Virus record (IMG/VR): IMGVR_UViG_3300043399_000561
Reading direction: 5' to 3' (one strand)
Origin: a virus
Lineage: Duplodnaviria; Heunggongvirae; Uroviricota; Caudoviricetes
Length of the DNA: 64,000 bases
Part shown: one piece after another, positions 1-8,847 of the stretch
How the letters are laid out: every line of letters starts with the position of its first letter
Position numbering within the stretch: position 1 is the stretch's first letter
Position numbers and translations under genes: made by a program
Notes under the pieces: model-generated
Seen by the model: only the letters and a program-made list of their open reading frames with translations
Told to the model about the DNA's origin: nothing
Databases searched by the model: none

Positions 1-2907
1 AACGTGGGTAATCTCGCCTGTCTTCCCTTTCGACGGACCCTTCATTATCTGAACTTTTTGTCCTTCTTTCGCATATTTAACAGCTTCGTCGGCAGTCATT
101 GTAGTCAAATCTGTTACATCAGCTTTAGGTTGTTCGGCGGCTTTATTTTCAACCTTTGCCATTTCATTTTTGTTAAAATATGACCAATCAGATTTTTTAG
201 AAAACTGAACAACATAGTCTCCGTCACTGTCTGGTCCATCTGTAATTGTACCAGTCTTCCCGTCATATGCGCTATATTCTCTAGTAACTATTACAGTGTC
301 ACCAATTTTAAACTCAGCCGGTTCAGTAGCAGGTTTATCTGCAATCTTTTCCATTTGGAAGTTGCTAACGAATAATATTTTACCATCATCAGTGACAACC
401 TTATAGTCACCATCGCTATCAGGATCAGCAATAATTGTAGCAATGCTACCGTCTACATCATAGCTCTTGTTTTTGAGCTTGACCTTATCGTTCTTATTGA
501 AAGTCTGCTCTTGAGATTCAACCTTTACAACCCAATCCAAGAATGTTTTAAAGCCGCCGGAATTATCCATCACTTGGACCCAAGTTTTACCGCTTGAGTT
601 AGTTCCTATTTCAGTTACCTTACCTATTATCCCGTTATATCCTGACTCGGGATTATTGACTTTAATAATATCACCAACCTTAATGTTACCTGCTGCACTA
701 GATTTTTCAGGTTCAATCTTTTCTACATCTTTTACATTGATATCAGGTGTGCCAGATCCATCACTAAATGCTACTGCAACTTCTGGATAGTTAGAATAAA
801 CATATTCAACCGTGCCAGTCTGGTTCTTGAAATCACCACTGATTACCTTTACCTTATCACCAACTTTAAGTGTTTCTTGTTCAATCTCGTCAGTTGATAA
901 TTCTAAAACTTTGACAGGAAGAGTAATTAGATATCCATTCTTAAGTAATTTAAGATCAACCTCATCTGGGAAAACATCACTAACATAACTTACTGTTGCA
1001 AAGTTTCCTTTATAATCACCGTCAGTTATTTTAACTGTGTCCCCGACCTTAAACTTAACTGCTGGCTTTTCTGGTTTATCATAATGCTCTAGGTCGTCAA
1101 TCTTTACATCAATTTTCTTGTCTAATCCAGTTAAATCAACAGATGCTTTTATGCCGTTCCCATATAGATAGTCAACCTTGCCTACATAGCCACTATGTTC
1201 GCCGCCGGTTATGTTAACTTTGTCTCCCACGTTAAACACTTTATCTTCTTTTGAGACAAGATCAGGGCCGGCATTCTTTAATAGTACCAATTGTTCTGGT
1301 TGGAAATCTATATACTCCCCCAATTTCTGTAGATAGACTTCAATAGTACCAGAACTATAGATATGATTAACTCTGCCTCTAGCCTTATAATATTTACTAT
1401 CAGGGTCGCTGACAACAACATCATCTTGGTCGTGAATAGTAGGAGGCTTAGATTCTAACTCTTTGGCTAGTTTTTGTTCTAATTCCTCTGAGTAGGGCGC
1501 AACTTGATTTTTATACATAGTGAACGAGTTTTTGGTAACTTCATCAGTGGCTTCAATCTTACCATTTGGATATACATAGTTAATAACAGCAGTGACACCA
1601 TAAAATCTACTTTCACTATCAGTAACGATTACCTTTTCCCCTCGCTCAAACATAGGGATAGAACCATCTGGTAGTTTATATAATTCAATATCAGTTTTTT
1701 CAACGCCCACACCATTAATCTTAGTTGATATAAACAATTCTACGCTACTGGTATATTCGTAAGTGATAGTACCAAGCATATCTTTGTATGGACCATTTAA
1801 AACTTTAACTACGTCACCCTGTTCATATGCTAGTGGCATTTCACCAACTGAATCAGGTAACTCAACATTATCCGTATCAATTTGCTGTAAAAACTTTATC
1901 AATTCATCTACGTGGTCAATATTAACTGCATAGTATGGACCTGTCAGGTATATCTCTTTGTTGCTTAATATAGCTTCAAACAAGTCTTTGTCTGTGAACT
2001 TAAAGTGTTCTTGAATACTCTGGGGAGTCAATAATTCATCTAATAAATCTGCTACCGTTTCTGGAACCAAATTCTTTTCAATCAAGCTTTCTACTTTTCT
2101 ATAGTCAGAATTATAATCATATCCATTACGAAATAGTTCGGCTGGACTAGCAAAAGGAAACTTTTCAGGATTTTCATTATAAGATTTAATAATTTCATTA
2201 ACGATTTGTTGACGAACATTTTTGTCAATCATATTCATTCGTTTAGCACTATCTAAAACCAAATCTTTGACCGTTTTACTCCAAGTAAACTTAAAACCAT
2301 CTACAGGAAATAATACATACAGACTATATCCATACCCACTTGCTTGGCTTCTATCGCCGGTCGTGAATGTAGAATTTTCTCTATCCGCTTCAAATCCCAT
2401 ATCTTTAATGGCGTTATTGAGCAAATCGTGCAATTCTCTATCACTATCTTTGGGTTTACGAGCTTCAAAAGGTTTTCCATATAGTGCATCATCGCTTGAT
2501 CTAATGCCTCTAAACAAAAACCTTTGCTTATTAAAGTTATTTTTGTTGAGTTCCTTATAGACCTTTATAATCTCTTTGCAATTCTTACTTAAAGCCTTAA
2601 ACAGATTATCCATCTTGACTGGTCTGTCATTGACTCTAGACTTCTCGTACATAGTTGAATATGCTGTATTAACCTTCTCTATCTCTGCATCTAACTTATC
2701 CTGCAAAGATTGCATATCACCCTTAAGTTCGGGAGGCATACTAGCAGACTGTAAATAGCTCATTGAATTTTTATATTTGTCTAACTCTGCCCTAACTTTA
2801 TCAAGCCTCTTTAAATTAAAGGATATTCCCTTTCGTTCACCCGGCTTAACAGGGGCTTCAGTAAGCTGTAACTGATTAAGTTTTTCTAATAGGTCTCTCA
2901 TTAACAT
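1..2907 (-). CDS. Large protein, 5'-partial in window (runs off left edge); C-terminal region is an array of ~55-60 aa KOW/SH3-like beta-barrel modules
   Basis: Uninterrupted minus-strand frame from ATG at 2907 to window edge (absent from ORF track only because there is no stop in window). Hand translation shows repeated motifs such as KIGDTVIVTREYSAYDGKTGTI, KVGDKVKVISGDFKNQTGTV and KVGDTVKITDGDYKGNFATV. Confidence 0.6.
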   Translation of the reverse strand, partial: MLMRDLLEKLNQLQLTEAPVKPGERKGISFNLKRLDKVRAELDKYKNSMSYLQSASMPPELKGDMQSLQDKLDAEIEKVNTAYSTMYEKSRVNDRPVKMDNLFKALSKNCKEIIKVYKELNKNNFNKQRFLFRGIRSSDDALYGKPFEARKPKDSDRELHDLLNNAIKDMGFEADRENSTFTTGDRSQASGYGYSLYVLFPVDGFKFTWSKTVKDLVLDSAKRMNMIDKNVRQQIVNEIIKSYNENPEKFPFASPAELFRNGYDYNSDYRKVESLIEKNLVPETVADLLDELLTPQSIQEHFKFTDKDLFEAILSNKEIYLTGPYYAVNIDHVDELIKFLQQIDTDNVELPDSVGEMPLAYEQGDVVKVLNGPYKDMLGTITYEYTSSVELFISTKINGVGVEKTDIELYKLPDGSIPMFERGEKVIVTDSESRFYGVTAVINYVYPNGKIEATDEVTKNSFTMYKNQVAPYSEELEQKLAKELESKPPTIHDQDDVVVSDPDSKYYKARGRVNHIYSSGTIEVYLQKLGEYIDFQPEQLVLLKNAGPDLVSKEDKVFNVGDKVNITGGEHSGYVGKVDYLYGNGIKASVDLTGLDKKIDVKIDDLEHYDKPEKPAVKFKVGDTVKITDGDYKGNFATVSYVSDVFPDEVDLKLLKNGYLITLPVKVLELSTDEIEQETLKVGDKVKVISGDFKNQTGTVEYVYSNYPEVAVAFSDGSGTPDINVKDVEKIEPEKSSAAGNIKVGDIIKVNNPESGYNGIIGKVTEIGTNSSGKTWVQVMDNSGGFKTFLDWVVKVESQEQTFNKNDKVKLKNKSYDVDGSIATIIADPDSDGDYKVVTDDGKILFVSNFQMEKIADKPATEPAEFKIGDTVIVTREYSAYDGKTGTITDGPDSDGDYVVQFSKKSDWSYFNKNEMAKVENKAAEQPKADVTDLTTMTADEAVKYAKEGQKVQIMKGPSKGKTGEITHV

Positions 2908-2925
2908 ATTTATGCTAAATACATT

Positions 2926-3597
2926 ATGCGCTTTAATGAATTTTCTCAGCCGCTAGACGAAGGCGTTCACGATCCAAATATCTTCAAAGCCGTGTTTATG
3001 GCAGGAGCCCCAGGTTCGGGCAAGACAACAGTTTCTAATCAGTTGTTTGCTGGGACTGGATTAAAGTCTCTGAATGTAGACGATTTCTATAACTACTTGC
3101 GGCAATCACAAAAAGCAGTGGGAGATCCAGAACAAGATTATGCTACTGCTTGGGAAAAGTACAGAAAAAGAGAGCAAAACTATCTAGATGGTCGCCTAGG
3201 ATTGATCATCGATGGCACTGGTAAAAACCCAGCTATTATGAATGATGTTAAGACTAAACTAGAAGAAATGGGATATGAGACTGCAATGGTCTTTGTCAAT
3301 ACATCATTGGATACTAGTTTAGAACGCACCACTCGTAGATCACAACGTCCCGGAAGAGATTATGGTAGACAGATTGATCCTAAGTTTGTAAAAGACACTT
3401 GGATGAGAGTTCAACAAGCATTAGGACAATTACAGAGTATCTTTGGAAACAGGTTCTTTATCATTGATAACAATCGCGGTGATCCCGATATTGCATATGT
3501 TCAGAAAACATTGGACAAATGGCTAAAAGCCAGTCCCCAATCCCACATCGCTAAAGAGTGGATCAAGAACGAGCTTCAAGCTAAGCAACAAAAATAG
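2926..3597 (+). CDS. P-loop kinase resembling the kinase domain of T4 polynucleotide 5'-kinase (Pnk-like); no phosphatase domain
   Basis: Walker A GAPGSGKTT. Downstream LIIDGTGKNP and RRSQRPGRD blocks parallel T4 Pnk VIISDTNLNP and RNSKRGTKA. 223 aa. Confidence 0.45.
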   Translation: MRFNEFSQPLDEGVHDPNIFKAVFMAGAPGSGKTTVSNQLFAGTGLKSLNVDDFYNYLRQSQKAVGDPEQDYATAWEKYRKREQNYLDGRLGLIIDGTGKNPAIMNDVKTKLEEMGYETAMVFVNTSLDTSLERTTRRSQRPGRDYGRQIDPKFVKDTWMRVQQALGQLQSIFGNRFFIIDNNRGDPDIAYVQKTLDKWLKASPQSHIAKEWIKNELQAKQQK

Positions 3598-3598
3598 T

Positions 3599-3674
3599 TG
3601 GTGGACCCTGTGGGGTTCGAACCCACGACCTACAGGTTAAAAGCCCGTTGCTCTACCTACTGAGCTAAAGGTCC
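3599..3674 (-). tRNA. tRNA-Lys(TTT)
   Basis: Cloverleaf with anticodon loop CTTTTAA, T-loop GGTTCGAAC, encoded CCA. Confidence 0.85.
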
Positions 3675-3680
3675 ATTATG

Positions 3681-3757
3681 TGGTGCGCCCGGGAGGATTC
3701 GAACCTCCGACCTTTCGATTATCAGTCGAATGCTCTAGCCAACTGAGCTACGAGCGC
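3681..3757 (-). tRNA. tRNA-Ile(GAT)
   Basis: Anticodon loop CTGATAA, D-arm AGCTCAGTTGGCTAGAGC, T-loop TTCGAAT, CCA encoded. Confidence 0.85.
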
Positions 3758-3763
3758 ATTAAT

Positions 3764-3841
3764 TGGAGCGACGGGTGTGATTCGAACACACGACTTTATT
3801 GCTTTGCAGGCAATTGCATTGGGCCTCTCTGCCACCGTCGC
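3764..3841 (-). tRNA. tRNA-Cys(GCA)
   Basis: Acceptor GCGACGG/CCGTCGC, anticodon loop CTGCAAA, T-loop TTCGAAT, CCA. Confidence 0.75.
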
Positions 3842-3859
3842 ATTAAACTTTATAGATTA

Positions 3860-3888
3860 GTTATATCAACATTCAGGACGAATGTCAA
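3860..3888 (-). promoter_or_regulatory. sigma70-type promoter TTGACA-N17-TATAAC driving the Cys-Ile-Lys tRNA trio
   Basis: Minus-strand TTGACA at 3888-3883, exact 17-nt spacer, TATAAC at 3865-3860, ~10 nt upstream of the tRNA-Cys 5' end. Confidence 0.6.
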
Positions 3889-3889
3889 G

Positions 3890-5419
3890 TTATTTGTTAA
3901 GATATTTCCATAAATTTATGAAATAATTGTCTGCATATTCTGCTGATCTTCTTTTGATTTCTTCGCTTTCATCAACTTTTTTCAAAGAGGTCTTCATCAT
4001 TTCGTATGAATCGTAACCCAATCTTGTTAGACCTGCTGCCTGATATGGGTCTAGCTTTCGGCGGCCCGAATTATATATCTGACTATACTGGTTGCACATA
4101 AACTCAAACGCTGCTTTCCTGTCCCAAATGTCATTTTTCCAATTGTGGTACAACCCAGATGAACCTAACAATTCATATCCGTATTTTTTTGGATTTTTTA
4201 AAATGCTACTGTCATCATATTGTCCGGGACCAATTGATAAACACGAAAGGCTTAGCGCATCCATTGGAAAATCTTCATCAGATAACAATTCTATATTCTT
4301 CTCTGCTATCTCTGGCGTTTCGCCCGGAAGTCCTATAATATATCCTGCGCTTATACCCAAAGCAGTGTCGCTTTCTTCATAGATATCTCTTAGCTTATAC
4401 AATGTTTCTATATTTTTTTCAGGGGAGCCGCCCTTGCCTATAGCCTTAGCAGCAGGAGCGTGTAATGATTCTAACCCGAAAAAATAACCGTTAAAATTTA
4501 AATCCCTCAACATATACATCTGTTCAGGTTTAGCTGCTAATAAGTCTAATCTACAGCATCCCATAAATTTCAAATCAATTTTAGACTTGTCTCTAACATA
4601 AAGCATACGCTCTATGTTATCTGTGCGGTGATTAAAAGTATCGTCAATTATGATGTAGCTAGTTGTTCCAAAATTTTCATAGTTATACAAAACTTCTTCT
4701 AGAATACAATCTTCGTGTCTCATATACGAAAGGTCGTTTTTATTTTTACCTAAGAGTGGATAGGTACAAAAAGCACATTTAAAAATACACCCTCTCGATA
4801 CTTCTATAGGCAAAGACTCATTGTTTGTTACCCCATCATAGTGTTCCCATATGTGAGTGGAGTGCCTAAAATCAAACATATCACCTTTCATATCATATGA
4901 TATGTCGTACATAAAAGTTTTAGGATCGTAATGCGGAGCTCCAACTGTCTTACTATAGATAGGATCTTTGTTTTTCTTGATGCATTCAACAATGTCTAAG
5001 ATCATTCCTTCTCCCATACCTCGAACCACGTAATCTACATTAAAATTATGGTGCCGGCCGTGATCAAGCATAACATGGGTATTACCCCCACCGTAGATTA
5101 TCTTTATCTTTGGAAATTTAGTTTTTACGTATTCGTTAATAAGAGAAAATGTATCATCACCATCTTTAAAAGTAGAGACTATGCCCGGCCTACTATCATC
5201 CATAAACAAAGTACTACTATACCCTAAAAATAAAGTATCAGTGGATATTACCCTATCTAATAAGCGCAACAATTCAGTAGTTGACAAATGGCTCATATGA
5301 TCAATGACCAAAGCCGAATATCCAGATTTGCGCAGTACGTCAGCTATTCTATAAGCACCGAAGGGTTTAAACCTTGTAGTCCAGGTCGCGTCTGATAATA
5401 TCACTGCGTTGAATGTCAT
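3890..5419 (-). CDS. B12 (cobalamin)-binding radical SAM enzyme, paralogue 1
   Basis: N-terminal B12-binding-like domain; CxxxCxxC motif RGCIFKCAFCTYP; 509 aa. Confidence 0.7.
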   Translation of the reverse strand: MTFNAVILSDATWTTRFKPFGAYRIADVLRKSGYSALVIDHMSHLSTTELLRLLDRVISTDTLFLGYSSTLFMDDSRPGIVSTFKDGDDTFSLINEYVKTKFPKIKIIYGGGNTHVMLDHGRHHNFNVDYVVRGMGEGMILDIVECIKKNKDPIYSKTVGAPHYDPKTFMYDISYDMKGDMFDFRHSTHIWEHYDGVTNNESLPIEVSRGCIFKCAFCTYPLLGKNKNDLSYMRHEDCILEEVLYNYENFGTTSYIIIDDTFNHRTDNIERMLYVRDKSKIDLKFMGCCRLDLLAAKPEQMYMLRDLNFNGYFFGLESLHAPAAKAIGKGGSPEKNIETLYKLRDIYEESDTALGISAGYIIGLPGETPEIAEKNIELLSDEDFPMDALSLSCLSIGPGQYDDSSILKNPKKYGYELLGSSGLYHNWKNDIWDRKAAFEFMCNQYSQIYNSGRRKLDPYQAAGLTRLGYDSYEMMKTSLKKVDESEEIKRRSAEYADNYFINLWKYLNK

Positions 5420-5427
5420 ATCAGTAT

Positions 5428-6909
5428 TTAACTATATAGTTTTTTGATTTTTGAAAAATATTCTTGCTCTATCTTTACTTTTAACTCAGGTATATTAGGC
5501 TTTATAGTTTCGTCAAATGTTTTGAGTGGCATATCAATCAGGTCATCAAATTTTAGACCAAATCTTAAATAGCCGGCTATCGAAAAAGACGGAATCTTCA
5601 ATTTTCCAGAATCATACAGAAACAAGTTATAATGATTGGCAATCTCTGCACATTTATGATAGTCCCAAACATCGTTTTCCCAAAAAGGATCGTTTGTTAA
5701 TCTATACCCATATTTTTCAGGATTGGCGTATAAACTACTTTTACCAAATGCACTCTCACTCATCCATAATGGAGACAGTCCCACACAATCTACCGGAGAA
5801 TCATCTTCTATTAGACGATTTATCCAGTAATCTACTGTTTCCGGCGTTTCATATGGTAGACCAACGATATACCCTAGCATTAAGTTAACTTTATTGTTGA
5901 ATGCATTTTTGAGCTTATGCATTGTTTCAAACAATTCTTCGGCCGGAGCATACTTGCCTATAGCCTTAGCAGTCTTCTCATTTAGTGTTTCAACTCCAAA
6001 ATAGTGTCCGTTGAAGTTAAGGTCCTTAAGTAAACTTATTTGCTCTGGCTTCTTTGCAAGCAAATCTAACCTGGTATATCCTACAAAATTTAAATCTAAT
6101 TTTGTTCTGTCTCTTGCTCTTAGCAACAATTCTATTTTATCATTGCGTTCATTAAAAGTGTCATCTACGATCATATATGTAGTAGTATTGAACTTTTCAT
6201 AATTATACAAAAGTTCAGAGTACAGGGAATCTTCCAAACGTATATACGAGGTGTCTTGTTTGTGCATTCCTATTAAAGGAAAAGTACAAAATGTACATCG
6301 GAAAATACAACCTCTTGCAACTTCAAGAGGTAGGCATTCACCCTCTATTATAAAATCTGAATCGTGCCAAAAATGTGTAGAATGCTTATAATCATACAGC
6401 TTGCCTCTGAGGTCATATGAAATAACATAAGCACCATTTACTTTATAATCATAGTAGGGTTCAGTATCATTTGCTAGTGAGTTTACTAAGTCCAACATCA
6501 TAGATTCTGCGTAGCCTAATACAACATAATCAGTATACGTTTCTCGTATTTTTACGAGTTGTTCAAGAATTACATTACTATTGCTACCGCCCACTATAAT
6601 TTTTATATTAGGGTATCTATTCTTAATATGTTGATTAATTGCAACGAAATCATCGTCTCCGTTATCAAAGGGAACTTTATGATTTTTTTTACTATGAAAC
6701 AGGGTGGTACTGTAACCCAAGAATAAAGTATCATCAGTAATAATGATATCTAATAAAGCAAAAAGCTGGTCTAATGGCAATCTGGATACATAGTCTAATA
6801 CTTGTATTTCATACCCTGCTTTTCGCAGTGTATCAGCAATCGTATATGCGCCTAGAGGTCTAATTCTTTCATCAAATACTGCATCAGTGAGTATAACGCC
6901 GTGGATCAT
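5428..6909 (-). CDS. B12-binding radical SAM enzyme, paralogue 2 (tandem duplicate)
   Basis: CxxxCxxC motif RGCIFRCTFCTFP; same domain order and conserved blocks as the upstream paralogue; 493 aa. Confidence 0.7.
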   Translation of the reverse strand: MIHGVILTDAVFDERIRPLGAYTIADTLRKAGYEIQVLDYVSRLPLDQLFALLDIIITDDTLFLGYSTTLFHSKKNHKVPFDNGDDDFVAINQHIKNRYPNIKIIVGGSNSNVILEQLVKIRETYTDYVVLGYAESMMLDLVNSLANDTEPYYDYKVNGAYVISYDLRGKLYDYKHSTHFWHDSDFIIEGECLPLEVARGCIFRCTFCTFPLIGMHKQDTSYIRLEDSLYSELLYNYEKFNTTTYMIVDDTFNERNDKIELLLRARDRTKLDLNFVGYTRLDLLAKKPEQISLLKDLNFNGHYFGVETLNEKTAKAIGKYAPAEELFETMHKLKNAFNNKVNLMLGYIVGLPYETPETVDYWINRLIEDDSPVDCVGLSPLWMSESAFGKSSLYANPEKYGYRLTNDPFWENDVWDYHKCAEIANHYNLFLYDSGKLKIPSFSIAGYLRFGLKFDDLIDMPLKTFDETIKPNIPELKVKIEQEYFSKIKKLYS

Positions 6910-6922
6910 AATTTTATTTAAG

Positions 6923-7014
6923 TGGCGGAGAGTGAGGGATTCGAACCCTCGGAACCAGTTTCCCAGTTCGCCTTCTTAGCAGGAAGATGGTTTAAGCCAC
7001 TCACCCAACTCTCC
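6923..7014 (-). tRNA. tRNA-Ser(GCT), type II
   Basis: Anticodon loop CTGCTAA, long variable arm, T-loop TTCGAAT, CCA. Confidence 0.8.
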
Positions 7015-7020
7015 GTAGTT

Positions 7021-7440
7021 CTATATATTTAAATGCTGTTTAGCATTTTCAACATAACTTTCAATTCTTTCTTTTCCAACATTGTTCTTAGAATGCACTA
7101 TATATCTAGGAAACTTCTTTTGATTATTTACGCAATATTCAACTAACCATTTTGCGCAATCATATCCGGTTTTTTCCGGTCCATAATCAAAGGTCTTTAT
7201 TAAATCACCGTCGTTGTATGTATAAGAATCTGCCTGGGCATTCTCCTCTAACATAACTGCATAATGAAAGTCCGCTAAATCGTGGTCAAAACACACAAAC
7301 TTCGGCAAACCAAAAAACTCAACGTGTCTGACAAAACCGTCAAAGCTACGAGCTATAAAAATAGAATCATAGCGAGGAAACTCGGCCCACGTTACTTGAT
7401 CGGGCATTCTTTCGTCATCAAGAAATAAAACGTAAGACAT
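7021..7440 (-). CDS. Hypothetical protein (139 aa; start trimmed to MSYVLF to avoid overlap with tRNA-Ser)
   Basis: ORF track frame. The upstream 30 codons of the listed ORF are the tRNA-Ser(TGA) gene read in frame. Confidence 0.45.
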   Translation of the reverse strand: MSYVLFLDDERMPDQVTWAEFPRYDSIFIARSFDGFVRHVEFFGLPKFVCFDHDLADFHYAVMLEENAQADSYTYNDGDLIKTFDYGPEKTGYDCAKWLVEYCVNNQKKFPRYIVHSKNNVGKERIESYVENAKQHLNI

Positions 7441-7456
7441 TGTTAATCCTAATAGT

Positions 7457-7544
<88 letters not shown>

Positions 7545-7584
7545 ATATTCATATTTATGAGCGTATTACTACTGTAGTAAAAAG

Positions 7585-7659
7585 TGGTGCGCCCGGCAGG
7601 ACTCGAACCCGCAACCTAGCCCTTATGAGGGGCCAGCTCCACCATTGAGCTACAGGCGC
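7585..7659 (-). tRNA. tRNA-Met(CAT)
   Basis: Anticodon loop CTCATAA with three G:C pairs closing the stem; paired 1:72 so not a classic bacterial initiator; T-loop TTCGAGT; CCA. Confidence 0.8.
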
Positions 7660-7668
7660 ATTATTATT

Positions 7669-7755
7669 TGGTGGGAGTGGATGGATTCGAACCAACTCAG
7701 CCTTCCGACAACAGATTTACAGTCTGCCCCAGCTCTCCAACTCTGGCGCACTCCC
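7669..7755 (-). tRNA. tRNA-Tyr(GTA), type II, copy 1
   Basis: Anticodon loop CTGTAAA, long variable arm, T-loop TTCGAAT, CCA. Confidence 0.8.
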
Positions 7756-7765
7756 AAATTAAACT

Positions 7766-7987
7766 TTACAAAAATTGATGGAGCCAACCATCAGCCAACT
7801 TCTGAACTTCTTCGTCAGAAGCAAAATACTTATTCATATCGTTAATAGCGTCAAGTGTATCAAGGACATCATCTTCGTCCAACCCTTGATTACGCAAATG
7901 ATTTAGATAATCAGTAAGAGTTTCACAATCACACAGTTCTTGTTCAACATTCTTCTTACCAAACTCGACTTGAATAACTTGGCCCAT
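7766..7987 (-). CDS. Small acidic hypothetical protein (73 aa)
   Basis: ORF track. Confidence 0.4.
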   Translation of the reverse strand: MGQVIQVEFGKKNVEQELCDCETLTDYLNHLRNQGLDEDDVLDTLDAINDMNKYFASDEEVQKLADGWLHQFL

Positions 7988-8003
7988 AGTTGGCTCCTAT
8001 GTG

Positions 8004-8207
8004 TTACTTGGTTGCAGATTCCGTTGCAGCACCAGATGGAGTATCAGATGCAGTCTTTACGGTACCATCATCATTAAGCTGAACATCAGCAGATGAGGAT
8101 GCAGCAGCGGCTTCATCAGCCGGTACATCAACAGTTTCAGTTCCCTTACTGCAAGCAGCAAGAGTAGCAAGGGCCGCAACAGCAGCAATAGTTACAATCT
8201 TCTTCAT
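8004..8207 (-). CDS. Small lipoprotein (signal peptide with lipobox LAAC)
   Basis: MKKIVTIAAVAALATLAAC, then a low-complexity Ala/Ser/Thr-rich mature part. Confidence 0.5.
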   Translation of the reverse strand: MKKIVTIAAVAALATLAACSKGTETVDVPADEAAAASSSADVQLNDDGTVKTASDTPSGAATESATK

Positions 8208-8257
8208 ATTTTTTCCTCTTAATAAATGGTCCATTATTGAACCAAACTCTAAATTAT

Positions 8258-8334
8258 TGGTGACCCCTACGGGATTCGAACCCGTGATCTTTCCCGTGAA
8301 AGGGGAATGTCCTAAGCCGCTAGACGAAGGGGCC
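8258..8334 (-). tRNA. tRNA-Glu(TTC)
   Basis: Anticodon loop CTTTCAC, T-loop TTCGAAT, CCA. Confidence 0.85.
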
Positions 8335-8506
8335 GATAAACTTGTTACGCTATTGCTGCAATATAGCTTCGGGACTTCGAAACCCGAACCTGGTCCCTAT
8401 TGTCGCCTTATGGGCTATCGTCGTTCTCCGTGCTAGCCTTACACCACATCTACTGTCACCGTTTGCAACCGTAAAATGCAGCAATATTAAAACTTTTTAT
8501 TGATTT

Positions 8507-8787
8507 TGGTATGAGCGGCGGGACTCGAACCCGCACGTCCAAAGGACACAAGATTTTCTTACCACTATAGCTTTCGCTACCCATTAGTTTGTGGTCTGGA
8601 CTATCCCTTCATCATATCATGACTGACTTAGATGCCTGCCGTCTAGTCTCTACACCTTCCCTTTCGGGCTTGGCTCGGGATCAGCATTTTACAGCCTTCC
8701 CCGAATTTGACAGGTTCTACTCTAGAGATTTCCCTCTAGGCACTCAAATTAATAAGTCTCGGGCGTCTACCATTCCGCCACGCTCAC
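8507..8787 (-). tRNA. tRNA-Leu(UAA) interrupted by a ~196-nt group I intron (exons 8754-8787 and 8507-8557)
   Basis: 5' exon is a Leu-type acceptor plus D-arm (GTGAGCG TG GCGGAATGGTAGACGCC CGAGA CTT). 3' exon is AAAA TCTTG, variable hairpin, T-arm and CGCTCAT A CCA. The intron sits between U34 and A35. Its sequence carries the conserved cores of the cyanobacterial/plastid tRNA-Leu IC3 intron (TTGAGT..CTAGAGGGAAATC, CAAATTCGGGGAA, GATCCCGAGCCAAGCCCGAAAGGGAAGGTGTAGAGACTAGACGG, AGTCCAGACC, GTAGCGAAAGCT, terminal G). Confidence 0.8.
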
Positions 8788-8847
8788 ACATTAAAACTTA
8801 ACCAACAATGTCAAAGAATAGAGTGTGTTTCTCACTCTGTATATCTC

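Noticed and set aside
2222-2560. Overlapping short ORFs (112 aa on plus, 63 aa on minus) near 2.2-2.6 kb
   Set aside because: Both lie inside the long uninterrupted minus-strand frame of the large repeat-containing gene (1-2907), and the minus one is out of frame with it. Their translations are low-complexity.
7645-7845. Plus-strand ORF (66 aa) and several similar ones overlapping tRNA genes (8589-8801, 12117-12437, 12859-13126, 13339-13536, 14370-14561, 14671-14989, 15089-15544)
   Set aside because: They run antisense to, or in frame through, highly conserved tRNA genes. They have no RBS and low-complexity translations, so they are artefacts of stop-poor tRNA sequence.
8589-8801. 70-aa plus-strand ORF in the 8.5-8.8 kb gap
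   Set aside because: It lies entirely within the group I intron and 5' exon of the minus-strand tRNA-Leu. Intron-encoded homing-endonuclease ORFs are much larger and would be on the same strand.
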